Shown here: positions 24,764 through 37,601 of the stretch, piece after piece
How positions within the stretch are numbered: the first letter of the stretch is position 1
How the letters are laid out: every line of letters starts with the position of its first letter
NCBI RefSeq assembly: GCF_006345805.1
Contig: NC_042997.1
Span: 8,494,001 to 8,558,000 of the forward strand
Direction of reading: 5' to 3'
Length of the DNA: 64,000 bases
Source: Octopus sinensis
Taxonomy: Eukaryota
Notes under the pieces: model-generated
The model's database searches: none
What the model saw: the letters and a program-made list of their open reading frames with translations, nothing else
What the model was told of the DNA's origin: nothing
Made by a program: the position numbers and the translations under genes

Positions 24764-26771
24764 TTTTTAAACAGATTTCAACACAAAATTCTTGTTATAG
24801 TAGTTGTTGATTTTGTTATTGTTTAGTTTGACCCCATTTCTCTTAATCCAAAGCATAGTTTGTGCTGAACTACTTTATCTAATGTTCCCATTTTTTTTTA
24901 GGATATCAAAGTGTGAAATAAAACAGATTTAGTGAGGAAAATGACTGAAGAAAAGATTTAGTGAAATGTTCGTCTTCACAGATAAGATCATGCTAGATCA
25001 AGGTAAGTGGCAAGATAGATAATTCTGGCCAATTCAGATAAAATCAGTTAAGGCAAACAAACATTAAGATGTTGATGGTTAAGATTGTCATCAACATCAT
25101 CTAAATAAATGAAGTGTATGTAGGGAAATTAGATGTGATAGACGCTAAATTTTTTCAACAAAGGAAACAGACTCAGCGAACATCATACAAAACACACAAA
25201 ATTTTTTTAAAATATAAGTTTAATCTATTGCCTAATTTAAACAGCATCATCTGGCTTCCATGTGTTTTCAGCACCCTCACAACATACAGATCAGCTTGAG
25301 AATAACTTGTTTCACACCTCCTTCTGTGTTGGAAACACTGAGAAAAGTGAGCTACTCTGACTAAATCAAAATATTTGGAAAAAGTGAGTTATAGCATTTT
25401 GGTAGCATTATTGATCTCCATTAAGTTTTCAGTTATATGTACAGGACTGGGGTAGATCTGTTTTCTGTTTTTTCTTGTTTTTTTTTTTCCTTCTTTAAAA
25501 ACCAAAGTCATAATCCTGTACACAGGATTGAATATCATGACAGTCAGCTAATGTCACTCTATTGTGTGACTAGTGATGTATGGAACTTGGAAGTATAGTA
25601 GAGTAAAAGAAAAAAAATAAATGGCCAGCAAATTGGGAACTGTGCTAAATATTTTTGCAGCAATGAGCAAAATATTCTCAAAGGAGTTTTTTTTTCTGTT
25701 CAGCTGTTATATTGCTAAGGCAGGGATTGGGTTTGTGATGAATGTCTAATTCATCTGATAATATACACCATCGTCACTTCAACACATCACTGTTCAATAG
25801 AATTTTCCCAAACATGGAGAGAAAGCACAGTATTTTGTTTGATTTTCTTTCGTACAATTTTCTTTGTGTGTGTGTCTGTGTGTGTGTGCGCATTCATGTA
25901 TGTATATGCATATCAGTAAAAAAACCTTTTCTGAACAAATAAACTCATCTAATAGAGAAATGCATGACAATTTGAAGCTACTTTCAAGGCCTATCTTTCA
26001 TCTAGATTCCAATAGAGCTACGTTTTGCTCGCTGTTTCATGACAACAAATATAACCTTAGAATTTTTCTTCATTTAGTTCAAAGAGATAATCACTCCATC
26101 AGAAGTGTAGTGTCTGAGTTACATTTTTGGAAAGTGACAAAAGGCTAATAGCCTTCTACTGTCAAACTAGCCATAATTATATAATCAACAAGCTTCATTC
26201 AAATTTTCCAATTGTGAATAGGACTGTGTAATTATACAAATAAAGACAATAGAATATTGAACTCAGGATTCAACTATGGAGAATTTCTATGCATACATGT
26301 AGGAACTAAGGTGCATAGCTAATAGTTTTCATTATTCATAATATGCATGTTAAGATGTTTAGAATTTGTCTAAATCGTCATCTAATTTCAACAGCAAGTT
26401 AACAGAATGATTGCATTAAAAACTGAATACTTTCCTATTCTGTGCTAATTTTTCACAGCCACAGCCCACATGCAGAGTGGACACTTCACATTAGACAGGT
26501 TCTATTATAAACAAAGCTACTGAAAATGTCTGACATTGAGGATATGGAACATGGCAAGTTTATCTTTTTCCTTCAATAGTACCAAAATATGGTCACAACA
26601 CATATCAAGGAAATATGCCTGAAACACTATAACCTTTCTGTTAATATTCAAATCACAATGAAATCTTAATCTTTACAGTACATGAAGTTATTTCATGGTA
26701 ACCATATATCCATAATGTAGCCAAGATTAATTATGAAAGATAACTTTTAGGTGACACTTTCTCTGTCTGTT

Positions 26772-26774
<3 letters not shown>

Positions 26775-26845
<71 letters not shown>

Positions 26846-26853
26846 TTCTCTCT
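26775..26853. repeat. (CT)n microsatellite
   Basis: Directly visible. Confidence 0.97.
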
Positions 26854-28327
26854 CAAACCAAGCCTATTTAATTATTCATTTTCTCCTCCTTTAATCATCT
26901 CTTAGAGTGGTGTCCCCACCAAGATTCAACACCATTCATTTCTGACAAACTTAAACCGCAGAATTCCAACTGTGTGGAACTTTGCTTGCAATTTTTTCGA
27001 TAAGCATACATCTGCAGAAAATCAAGATATATATCAATCACATTCATCATCATCATTATTGTATAACATCCATTTTCCATTCTGGCATGGGTTGGATGGT
27101 TTGACATAGAACTAACATGTAACACCTACACCTGTAAAGAACAAGCTTGTATGTATGGTTGACATTGATTTTACTTAACTTGGCACATTTTCTCAAGTAG
27201 AGCCAATTGCCACAACTCTTGCAAAATAATGAGCAATGTCCCTCTTCTGGGAGTAAAATGTAAGCAAAAAAATTTTTTTAAATGTTCTTGATCTTTTAGA
27301 TTTTAATCTTCTATCATGGCAAAGGTAACATGAGAAGCTTAAACAATAAGTGTGATGCTATAAACCAAATTTTTTAATTGAACCACACATTTGTTATCCT
27401 TTGAGAAGGATCTCATACCTCTGTGTTAATATCAGAGACCAGCAGGTAATCCTTTTCTCTAATATCTGGAATATATATTTTCATTTCTAAATGATTATGA
27501 TAGCACAGACATTTTGAAGAGAAGCAAGATTGTGGAGTATCAAATCGATAAAATCTTTAGGATGTAAAAACAAAAAAAGCCCTAAATTCCTAAGAAGAAC
27601 GGCATTCTAATGCTGGTGTCATAACATAAAACACCAAACAAACTTCATTTAAAGATCTGTTACAGAAGCTTTAGTGAATCATATAGGACTTAACTCTCAC
27701 TGAGATTTTAGTCTATGTATAATGTGTTTCAGAGTATTAGCAAGGTGGAACCAAACCTTCTACAGGTTAGTCATATGAATGTTATTTGAACTAGTATCAC
27801 AAGCTAACAAATTAGACTTCAAATATTTCACAGCTGCTTATGATAAATAAACAATGTATAGTTACATGTATTGTCTCTCATCATGCTATATTTCTTTGTT
27901 TATTCAAATTCTTTGTTCAGCAGTCATTCTTTCATTTATTTCACAACAGAAATGTTGTGGAGGAGAGGGAAATATTTAAAGCTAATGCTAAAAATATCAG
28001 TTATTTTATAGCTTGACAAATTTCAACATGTAAGTGTTTATAGGCAGTAGTCAAAATTTTGCTCTTAAATTTTTGTCTGCTTTCTGAATAAACTTTACAT
28101 AACATCAAAACATGTACTCTTTTCAACTGTAGGCACAAAGCCACCAAATGGCTAAAAGTAACAGGTACAGTATGGCTGAATGGTTAAGTGGTGTGCTTTA
28201 CAACCATGAGGTCTTAAGTTAAATTTCACTGAAATTGCATAAAAGCCTGTCAGAGGAATCTCACATTTAATTCAAAGATTCAGGCTTGTCACACTGTGTC
28301 ACATTGATTTCACCTTAGAATTACATT

Positions 28328-28720
28328 AGGAGGTGCTGTGTCATAAGTAGCTTGCTTACCAACCACATGCTTCTGAGTTCAGTCCCACTGCATGGCACCT
28401 TGGGCAAGTGTCTTCGGACTGACCAAAGCCTTGTGAGAGGATTTGGTAGACGGAAATTGAAAAAAGACCGTCGCATATATGTGTATATATCTGTATGTGT
28501 GTGTATATGTTGTGTACCTGTGTTTGTCCCCCCAACATCGTTTGACAACCGATACTGATGTGTTCAGATCCCCGTAACTTAGCAGTTCAGCAAAAGAGCC
28601 CGATAGAATAAATACTAGGCTTACAAAGAATAAGTCCTGGAATCGATTTGTTTTGACTTAAGGCAGTATTCCAGCATGGCCACAGTCAAATGACTGTAAA
28701 AGAGTAAAAGAGTCAAAGAG
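28328..28720 (+). mobile_element. SINE type A
   Basis: Matches the type A consensus. Confidence 0.92.
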
Positions 28721-29301
28721 TGACTTATGCACTAATTAAATAAGCTTAGTAGTTCAATCAATCAAAACAATTGAAGACTCATGATTGAAAATTCTAACAA
28801 TGATCCATTATTTTACCCTTTGTCAGACCTATCTATAAGTTTGTTATTATACTGTCAGTAAAAGATTTGTAGACTGTCACTTATCACCGCCTTCTTCCTG
28901 AACTATGTCTTTTACTTCCCCCCTCCCACTATACTTACATTTACCATTGACCAGACTTTCATTTTCATACCTTATTCACTAAATTAACCTCTACTGCCAA
29001 CTCTAGCCACCTGCTACACTCAGATGAATTTATCCAACCACATCTCCCCATCCTCATTTCATATTCACTCTTGTACACACCTTCTTGTACCTTGACAGTA
29101 TGCTCTGATATCTCATTACTGACATTTTCATCTTCTTTCCAACTTCTCCTCTCCATTCCTATACAATACAAAGAAGCCATGCATCTTTTCTATAGCAAAA
29201 CACCTGTGCTATTCCCTCTATCATATATAAGCCTCTTAACATCTGACATAAAGCCACCTCACCCTGTACTACAACTCCATTCTTCTTTCTTCTTTTACTT
29301 A

Positions 29302-29830
29302 GGCACAGGAGTGGCTGTGTGGTAAATAGCTTGCTTACCAACCACATACTTCCAGGTTCAGTCCCACTGCGTGGCACCTTGGGTTAACCAAAGCCTTGTG
29401 AGTGGATTTGGTTGACGGAAACTGAAAGGGGCCCGTCGTATATATGTATATATATATATATTATATTAAATTAGAGATAAAACCACTATTAGGCAAATCA
29501 TACAATGAAAAACTTAAGCCAATAAAAATTGGATTCAATCCTAAATCTGATTTTTCCCTGTAAGTTTGGATTTATTCCCTAATATTTATTATATGTATAT
29601 ATATATATATATGCGTGTGTGTGTTTGTGTGTCTGTCTTTGTCCCCCTAACATCTCTTGACAACCGATGCTGGTGTTTTTACATCACCGTAACTTGCGGT
29701 TCGGCAAAGAGACTGATAGAATAAGTACTGGGCTTACAAAGAATAAGTCCTGGGGTAGATTTGCTTGTCTAAAGGCGGTGCTCCAGCATGGCTGCAGTCA
29801 ATTGACTGAAACAAGTAAAAGAGTAAAAGA
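29302..29830 (+). mobile_element. SINE type A with a 130-bp insertion in its central TA tract
   Basis: Head 29302-29440, tail 29612-29830. Confidence 0.92.
29461..29591. mobile_element. TA-embedded element related to 53667-53912
   Basis: Shares gagaYaaaaccactatt and aatcctaaatctgatttttccctgtaaRtttggatttattccct. Confidence 0.75.
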
Positions 29831-29834
29831 GTTC

Positions 29835-30070
29835 TTTGCTTTGAAAGTTACTTGGCAACCTCACTAGTGCACACGTCATGTAAAGAATCACCCAATACAC
29901 TCTGTAAAGCGGTTGGTGTTAAAAAGTGCATCCAACAATAGAAACCATGCCAAAGCAGACACTGGACCTTGGTGCAAACACTGGACCTTGATGTAAGCTC
30001 ATTCGAGTTTGTCAAACTATCCAACCTATGCCAGCATGGAAGATGGACATTAAATGACAGGGATGATAAT
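29835..30070 (+). mobile_element. RTE-type 3' tail fragment
   Basis: cacccaatacactctgtaaagcggttggtg..gaaaccatgccaaagcagac..atgccagcatggaagatggacattaaatg. Confidence 0.8.
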
Positions 30071-30766
30071 GTACCCTCCTTGTAAATTATAGTATCTTAT
30101 TGTAATATGTTTGAAAACTGAATATAATAAATAGATATTTAACTGGTTCTCAACAAATACACTATAGACTTTTAAAAATATAATTTTAGGCTTTAGAAAA
30201 TTGATATTAATATTTGAGTGTCTTAGAAATATGGTTATTCATAATTTTGTTATCCAAAAGTATGATTAACAAAACAAAATAAACAATAGTTTTCTAGATT
30301 TTGTTTTCCTGAATATTTTACTCTAATACTTATTTTTTTTAAAGGATTCTTTTAACTTCCCATGGGAAATACTGCAGTAATTTTTAAATTTCCATACAAA
30401 GTGAGCCAGTAATTTTTTGTTTGCTCTCCAGCATAGCACAAAATGTAAAAGAAAAAAAACCCCATTGTAAACCACTGATCGAGCTATTTGCAGATAAGTG
30501 AATTCTGTATCTGTGCCAAATAAACACCATGATGCTCATGATGCGATTTTTTAACATTTTTTCCCTTTCGCTAGTAAACTAGTAATTTTACTAGGGAGAC
30601 TACAAGTGCAAAAGCCCACCACTCAAAATATACCACTGAATAAAATTTCCTAAACTACACATTTCATTTCAGAGCATGTTAAACCAATAAAATTACTCGT
30701 GATGAGGATGATGATGATGATGATGATGACAGCAACAACATCAACAACAACAATAACAACAATAGC

Positions 30767-30811
<45 letters not shown>

Positions 30812-32475
30812 CAAGTTTCTGTTTTTCAATTAGAGGTTTCTCCTCACTAGTCAAGTTAAATTGTTATTAATTATTTATAAGCTGTTTACTTTCTCTGTTA
30901 TACATTCTTAAGTTATAAAATTTTATAGACCTCTTCATTGCTATTTCGTCATGTTCACTCACTTATTTGTCTTTCTTTTAACTCCAAATTTTGCTTTTCT
31001 TTTTGTGTAATAAAATAATTTTCTTTCAACGTAATATTTTTTTAAAGCTAATAAAATAATTTTGTTTTTAACCAAATAAAATAAATACTACCTTTACGAA
31101 TTTTTTTTTTTTTTTTTTTTAATTTAGAGAGAGTTTTAAAGAGTAGTATGTGAGAATTGATGGTTCATGCTATCCAGCTCCATACTTTGTTTTAGCTTTT
31201 ATGTAAGCAAGAAAATCAATACTAGTTGTTGTTTAACCACAGGTCAGCCCTAAGTGAGCAGACCTATGATCAGAGGCATTACAGCCATGATTTAAAGGGA
31301 AAAAAATTTGACAAGACTCTCAGTCGCCTGCTGACACTCATTGACACTACATCCAAGAGGCCAGGGAACAGAAGAAAGAAGAAAGAAGAAAGAAGACATG
31401 CACCCAACACCAGAGCTGAAGACACCTCTGAAAGGGGGGGGGGGAACCACATCAAAACAGTAGAGGAGTAGGGGCCAAAACTGGACGTGGTTCCTCCTGA
31501 TAATGTCTTGAGCTAACTGGATCCTATAAAGGAGTTGTTGTGGTAGCAGACCACGAAACACAGTTGAAATTCTTCCTTTTATTTAAGTGAATGTATTGTA
31601 AGATAATCCAGTTTTTTTGTTTTTTTTTGTGGGAGGGTGGAGGTTATCTTTTATTTAAGATGGAATGGTGTGACTTGAGAGATATTTGGTTATTTTTTCT
31701 TGCAAACGGAGAAACTACATAATCATTCGTTGGCACTAATCAATACAAGTAGTAAACTGAAGTAAATTAATGTTCCAGAATGTTAACATGTACTCCAGGT
31801 AAAAATAGAATCAATATTTATGGGTGTTTCTTCTTCTCAATAGTTTCAAGGTTAAGGTACTATGTCATTGACTGTCACTGACCACATGGTCAACATTTCA
31901 AACAGAGCTTAATAGAGCCATTGTGCTGTGCCTCATTAGTGTAGCAGCTGGCAATACTTGCTTCAGTTCACCTGGCTACATAAATCAATAGGCATTCTTT
32001 TTTCATTTTCCATTTTTACTTCACAGCTGAGTTGAGTAGTTTGTGATAGAAACAATATCTAATCTAACTGTAAAGAAACAAGAAACAGCAACTCCATCAA
32101 ACAGCGTTGCATTCATTCTTGGCATATAAAAATGGATGTAAAACAGCAGGAAAGATATAACAACACTGATAGAGAGAGAAAGAAAGACAGAGAGGAAGAA
32201 ATGATATTGTGGAGTGTGATGATTTCCTTTAAATTAACACATAGCTAGTTTTGTAAACATGAAGCATTGTCAAGTATACTTGTCAGTATTATTAATACAT
32301 TTATTCATTTCTCTCTTTCACATTTGCAAGTATGGCTGTGTGGTAAGAAGCTTGCTTCCTAACCATATGGTTCCAGGTTCAGTCCCACTCAGCAGCACCT
32401 TAGTCTTTTACTATAGCCTCAGGCTGACTAAAGCCTTGTGGGTGGATTTTGTTGACAGAAACTGAAAGAAACATA

Positions 32476-32857
32476 TCTATTATATAAAATCCATTCTGTC
32501 TGTCTGTGTGTGTGTCTTCTAGGACCTCGGGCATCCTCCATCCAATTGCACTCAAATTTGATATGTAGATACCAACGGTATCAGGGCGTGCATAAGTCTT
32601 GAAAAAATGACAAAAATCGATTCCAGGTGAGAATGCGATAGATAAAGCCATGGGAACGTGCATATGTAAAATCGTTTTTCTTGGAATAGAAAAAAAGTCT
32701 ATCTTATTTCTTCTTTTGCTGGTGTCTCAATTTTAGGTTAAATCAGTGTTTCTCAAAGAGGAGGCCTATGGGGCAGTCGGACAAGTTGTTTTGAGAATAT
32801 ATGGTTTAAAGGTTTGACAACTCAGTACCGTCCATTGGACGAGGGTGGGGTTGCTCG
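32476..32857 (+). mobile_element. Helitron 5' portion
   Basis: A^TCTATTATATAAAA then (ctgt)/(gt) repeats. No 3' CTAG seen. Confidence 0.7.
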
Positions 32858-32951
32858 TATATATATATATATAAAATAATAATGGACTCTCCTGTCACTG
32901 GAATAAGGTTTGCCTCTCAAACCCTCTTTCGTGGAGCCGGAGAGATGATAA

Positions 32952-33201
32952 TCCAGTGACGAGGAAATGAAGACTGTAGTGAAGAAGTGGCTCAAAGAAC
33001 AGCCAACAGAATTTTATGGGGCAGGGATATATGCTCTCATTCGAAGGTGGAACATTGCTATTGAGAGAAACAGCGACTATGTTGAGAAGTAGGTACGTGA
33101 TCCACAAAGGACCAGCTTCATTTTGATGTATGATACAGGTTCCTGTGTTGGTAATCATACCTGTCCTAAACAAAATAGCATTACCTTTTGACTCACCCTC
33201 G
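32952..33201 (+). mobile_element. mariner transposase C-terminus and 3' TIR
   Basis: SSDEEMKTVVKKWLKEQPTEFYGAGIYALIRRWNIAIERNSDYVEK*; ends ttttgactcaccctcg^TA. Confidence 0.92.
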
Positions 33202-33467
33202 TATATATATGTATATATATATATGTATGTGCGTCTTTGTATTTGTGTTTGTCCCCCATCACTGCTTGACAACTGGTGTTGGTATGTTTACATCTCCATA
33301 ACTTAGCAGTTTGGCAAAAGAGGCAGACAGAATTAGTACTAGGCTTAAAAAATGTCTTGGGCTCATTTGTTCAGCTAAAAGCCCTTTGAGGTGGTGCTCC
33401 AGCATGGTTGCAGTCAAATGACTGAAACGAGTAAAAGAATAAAAGCATATATATATATAAGTATTGT

Positions 33468-33629
33468 AGGGGTGGTTGCCTGGTTTCCTAACCATGTGGA
33501 CTTGAGTTCAGCTCCCACTGCATGGCATCTAGGGAATGTGTATTCTAGATGCATATTGACCAGTGCACTGATGCATTGTGAGTGGATTTGTAAGATAGAA
33601 ACTGAAAGAAGCCTGTTATATATTTGTGT

Positions 33630-33704
<75 letters not shown>

Positions 33705-33920
33705 TGTGTGTGTGAGTCTTTGCCTTGACATCACATGACAGCTATAAATGAACCTCATTTCTCATCGTCCGGCAAAAAATAAACCATGATTAAATGTTGG
33801 GAAATTACTTTGCTTGGAAACAAGTGAGGGTTGCCTCAACAAATTCTGTCCATTCCACATTTATTCCATGTCTACTTCTCCATGTAGGCATGGCAAAGTA
33901 GACATTAAAGATGAAATGAG
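33468..33920 (+). mobile_element. SINE with type-A head, (GATA)n spacer and RTE-like tail
   Basis: A-like head, GATA tract ~33630-33702, ccttgacatcacatga..ttgcttggaaacaagtgagggttg..gcatggcaaagtagacattaaa. Confidence 0.8.
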
Positions 33921-34213
33921 ATGCAATGGATGGATGAGAGTTTCTCAGTTATCATTCTGCTTTCCTGAATGTTCCTGATCAATTGACTCTGACTCTCTTG
34001 AGCTTTCCTGATCACTCAACTTTCCTAAACTAGCAGCCAAATCATGCTTTAATATTCACACTGCCATCTTTAACATGCAAAACACCCATTAAATAATTTA
34101 GTCATAAATACATTGTAGTGATAATGAAAATTTTGGTAGCTACTTTCGAAATTTTATTCAACTCAATTGTTTAATTACTGTGTGTTTTTACTATGCTTTT
34201 CTAGACTACACTC

Positions 34214-35547
34214 TGTTGTAGCATTCAGATCTAGTTTTAAGAATAGAAACGCACATGTATGGACATGAAACTCTAATAACCTTTCAATTTCCCCTTTGGA
34301 AAAGAAAGCAAAATCTTTACTAATGTCAAATAATTTTTGTGATTCCTCCTACCCATATCAGTTGGGAGGTTTTGGCACACAACTTGATTTCCATAGTCCC
34401 TGTGGCCTTTCAGCCTCTCTCCAGTCAATTGGATATCATATCTTCCTTATTTGGTCCCATACTGTTAAAATCCCATTGTTTTGTTCCACAATAGGAGAAA
34501 TGGGATTGGCTGGGTTTCAGGACAGGGTGCCAAGTCATGAAACAGAAATGGTAGACTCCTGTTCCTTTGGATATCTGATATTTGCTCAAGTTTGAATATT
34601 GTTGAGTTGATCCTGATCTACAAATGGTTCTTTCTTGTTATTTCTCCTGATCTTCAATAGGAGTACTGGTCTTGGAGTCATTTGCTTGGGGGGGGGGGGT
34701 AACACATTATTATGGGAAGAGAGGCTCTGGGATGTAAAATGTACAGTCATATTCATGTCATGTAGTGTCTGTTGTTGTATCAAACAGTGTTTTTTGGGTG
34801 AGTATATTGCCTCTGTAAGCACCAATTTCCAATACTTCTTAAAGAAAATATGGCCATTATTTTTGGAACAACCTAATAATTGATTCTCGGTTTCCCATGA
34901 GTAATCTATATTCATCTGCATCTTGTTTTACTTTCCAGAAGCCCTCACAACAACTTTGGTTTATCATAGGAATATGCACCACTCAATTCTATCTTTTGAG
35001 AGTAAATGGTAAATTTCCCCTGCATCAAACCTTAACCATCTTTGCTAAAGCATATTGATTTGACAACAATTGGTTTAGAGCTTAGAGACAAGTCTGGAAA
35101 ACAGTTATGGCCAAATCAAAATTTTTACATTTTTCTGTGTACTCAAAGATGGTTCACTTAAGCCAATAGAATCGTGACTTTATTTGTAATTCTTCCCAGG
35201 TAAATTTCAATATAATTTCTAGGGCTTTGTTCACTAATATCAATTTACACAAGCAACATTTGATAAACTAAGGTCAAATCTAAGCATTTAGGTCTCCATG
35301 CTGTCTCCATGGTAGAACTAAGTTAAGTAAATTGTAAGAATAACAAAATATTTCTTAGCTGCTTTCCAAGCATTATTCAACTAAATTGCTTAGTCACAAT
35401 TCAGAATATCATGTCATTGTATGTGTCATTATCCTGGTTGCTCCACAACCCTTTTTTGTGGAGCAAGACTATTTTTTGTTGTACCATTCAGTTCTGACTC
35501 TAAGTATAGAAACCCATATGTATGCACATGAAATTTCCAATGCAGCA
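34214..35547 (-). mobile_element. Highly decayed Gypsy-like LTR element with ~72-bp direct repeats and an integrase relic
   Basis: Direct repeats 34214-34286 and 35477-35547 (TG...CA, 47/57 identical over the alignable part). Minus-strand purine tract aaaggggaaa next to the left repeat. Fragments IKSRFYWLK..EYTEKC, KPIVVKS, HGKP and TEAIYSPKKHCLIQQQTLHDM. Confidence 0.5.
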
Positions 35548-35554
35548 TATATAA

Positions 35555-35930
35555 ATAATTGTTAAACAGGGAAGCAAACATTAACCCTTTCGTTACTGTA
35601 TTTATTTTGAAATGTTCTGTATTTCTTTCGATTACTTTAAATATAACAAAGAATTTAGTAAAATAACTCAGTTATCATTCAGCTAGTGTTAGGAACATAA
35701 ATTGTGACTAAGGTTTGGTGGAAGATTTGAATTCAAAACTTATGAAAACAAGACATTTGTACTACAGAGCCAGAGCCAGTTTCAGCCGGGTTGGTAATGA
35801 AAGGGTTATGGTAAGGCAAATATCTCAAGATATACACAATATTATTATAGAATTTCTTCCTATAATAATATTGTATACGACTTGAGATGTTTGCCTTGCT
35901 TTAATGTTTGCTGCCCTGTTAAACAATTAT
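35555..35930. mobile_element. Foldback (palindromic) MITE of ~150 bp interrupted by a piggyBac MITE
   Basis: Left arm 35555-35584 plus 35810-35850 is the reverse complement of 35860-35930, with a 9-nt loop. Confidence 0.8.
35585..35805. mobile_element. piggyBac-type MITE, copy 2
   Basis: TTAA left, TTAT right. Near identical to 11271-11490. Confidence 0.92.
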
Positions 35931-35995
<65 letters not shown>

Positions 35996-37262
35996 AAAGT
36001 ATATATACGATGGTCTTCTTTCAGTTTCTGTCAACCAAATCCACTCACAAGGCTTTGATTAGCCCAAGGCTATAGTAGAAGACGCTTGCCCAAGTCTCCA
36101 CGCATATATATATATATACAGGTGTGTATGTGTGTGTGTGTGTGTGCCTGGGTATATAACAAATACACTTTGCAATATCTTATTATATTCCACACACACG
36201 CACACACACACACATGCACAAACACACAGAAAACTTTACAGTAATGTGGTTAATAGAATTAGTACCAGGAAACGGACTAGGTTTGATTTCACGACCAAAA
36301 TGCTTGAGGGCAGTACAACAGCATGGCATCAGTCCAGTGACTAAAAACGGTAAAGAAATGAATAAAGTATGAATATTGGTTTTTGTGTCAGTGTGTGTAC
36401 GTGTGTGTGTGTGTTTGTGTGTGTATGTGTGCATGTGTGCATGTACATGTACATATCAATAGAGGTAGATGTACTTTTACAATTTTAATTACCCAGTTAT
36501 TTACATATATATAATATAGATAATATGTGTGTGTCTGTGTGTTTGTCTGTGTGTGTGTACATATACATAACATGTATGCATGTATGAATAACTAAGTAAA
36601 ATCGCAAAAGTACATTACCATGTACCATAGTATGAACAAATATATATATATATATATGTATATATATTTGTGTCTGTCTGTCTGTATGTGTACATAAGTG
36701 TCTGTGCATGTAAATATGCACAGGTATTCAACTATATATATCTAACTAAATTTATTCATACACATATCTATATATTTGTTTGTATATGTTTACATCATTT
36801 GGTTTTTTTTTTTAGTTCTTTTAGCACATTTAACTACATTTGCTGTTATTGTTGTTAAGGCAGTGTAGTTCTCATTGCTATTGTTTTCGCTGCTTTTATT
36901 TTAGTGTTTTTCCTTTTCTTTATAACCAATATTTATTTATTTTTTGTCTTCCTTTTTTCTTATGCATTCATTCTCAGCCTTTTACCTCTGCCTACACCTT
37001 TCTCTCGTTTTCTTTTCTTCACTATCTCCAATATTTTGGCTCAATGTTTTCTACATGGGTTGGTAATTCTGAATTCAAGAGTTACATGAAAATAAATAAA
37101 TAACCAGACAAAAGAAAGAACACAATAAACAAAAAAAAAATGCATATCTTTCATTTCATTAATTTATTAAAGTTACTCCTTGCATTCAAATATGCTGAAA
37201 CTATGGATGAACAAAAGGCTACCACATGCACATATGTCTTTATCAATACATACATACATACA

Positions 37263-37310
<48 letters not shown>

Positions 37311-37601
37311 AAGGCATATATCATCATCATCATCGTCATATATATATATTGCTTTTGTATATTTCTGTGGTTCAAGAAATTTTTTTCACATTCAATGACT
37401 ACACCCGCGTTTTAGAAGTTTGCAGACTCTAATATATTTTTTTGTCATATGTAGATTAAACAGGACTATATATATATCCAACAAAAGGTTTTGTTCTGTT
37501 GAATTTGATTGCTATTTCCTCTGAATCTGCGAACTTTAACTCTTGACCAAAAGACCATTTGAATGAAACTATGGTTTGGATTTGTAATCGTGTTTATTAT
37601 A

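Larger units (their letters stand above)
32330..33445 (+). mobile_element. SINE type A split by Helitron and mariner fragments
   Basis: Head 32330-32470, tail 33203-33445. Confidence 0.85.

Noticed and set aside
24902-25002. Plus-strand segment with strong acceptor and GTAAGT donor
   Set aside because: Stops in all three frames from the acceptor. It could only be a UTR or lncRNA exon and has no other support.
31937-31982. tagcagc-containing hairpin as a possible miRNA
   Set aside because: The stem is too short and bulged, and there is no match to a miRNA I recognise beyond the seed.
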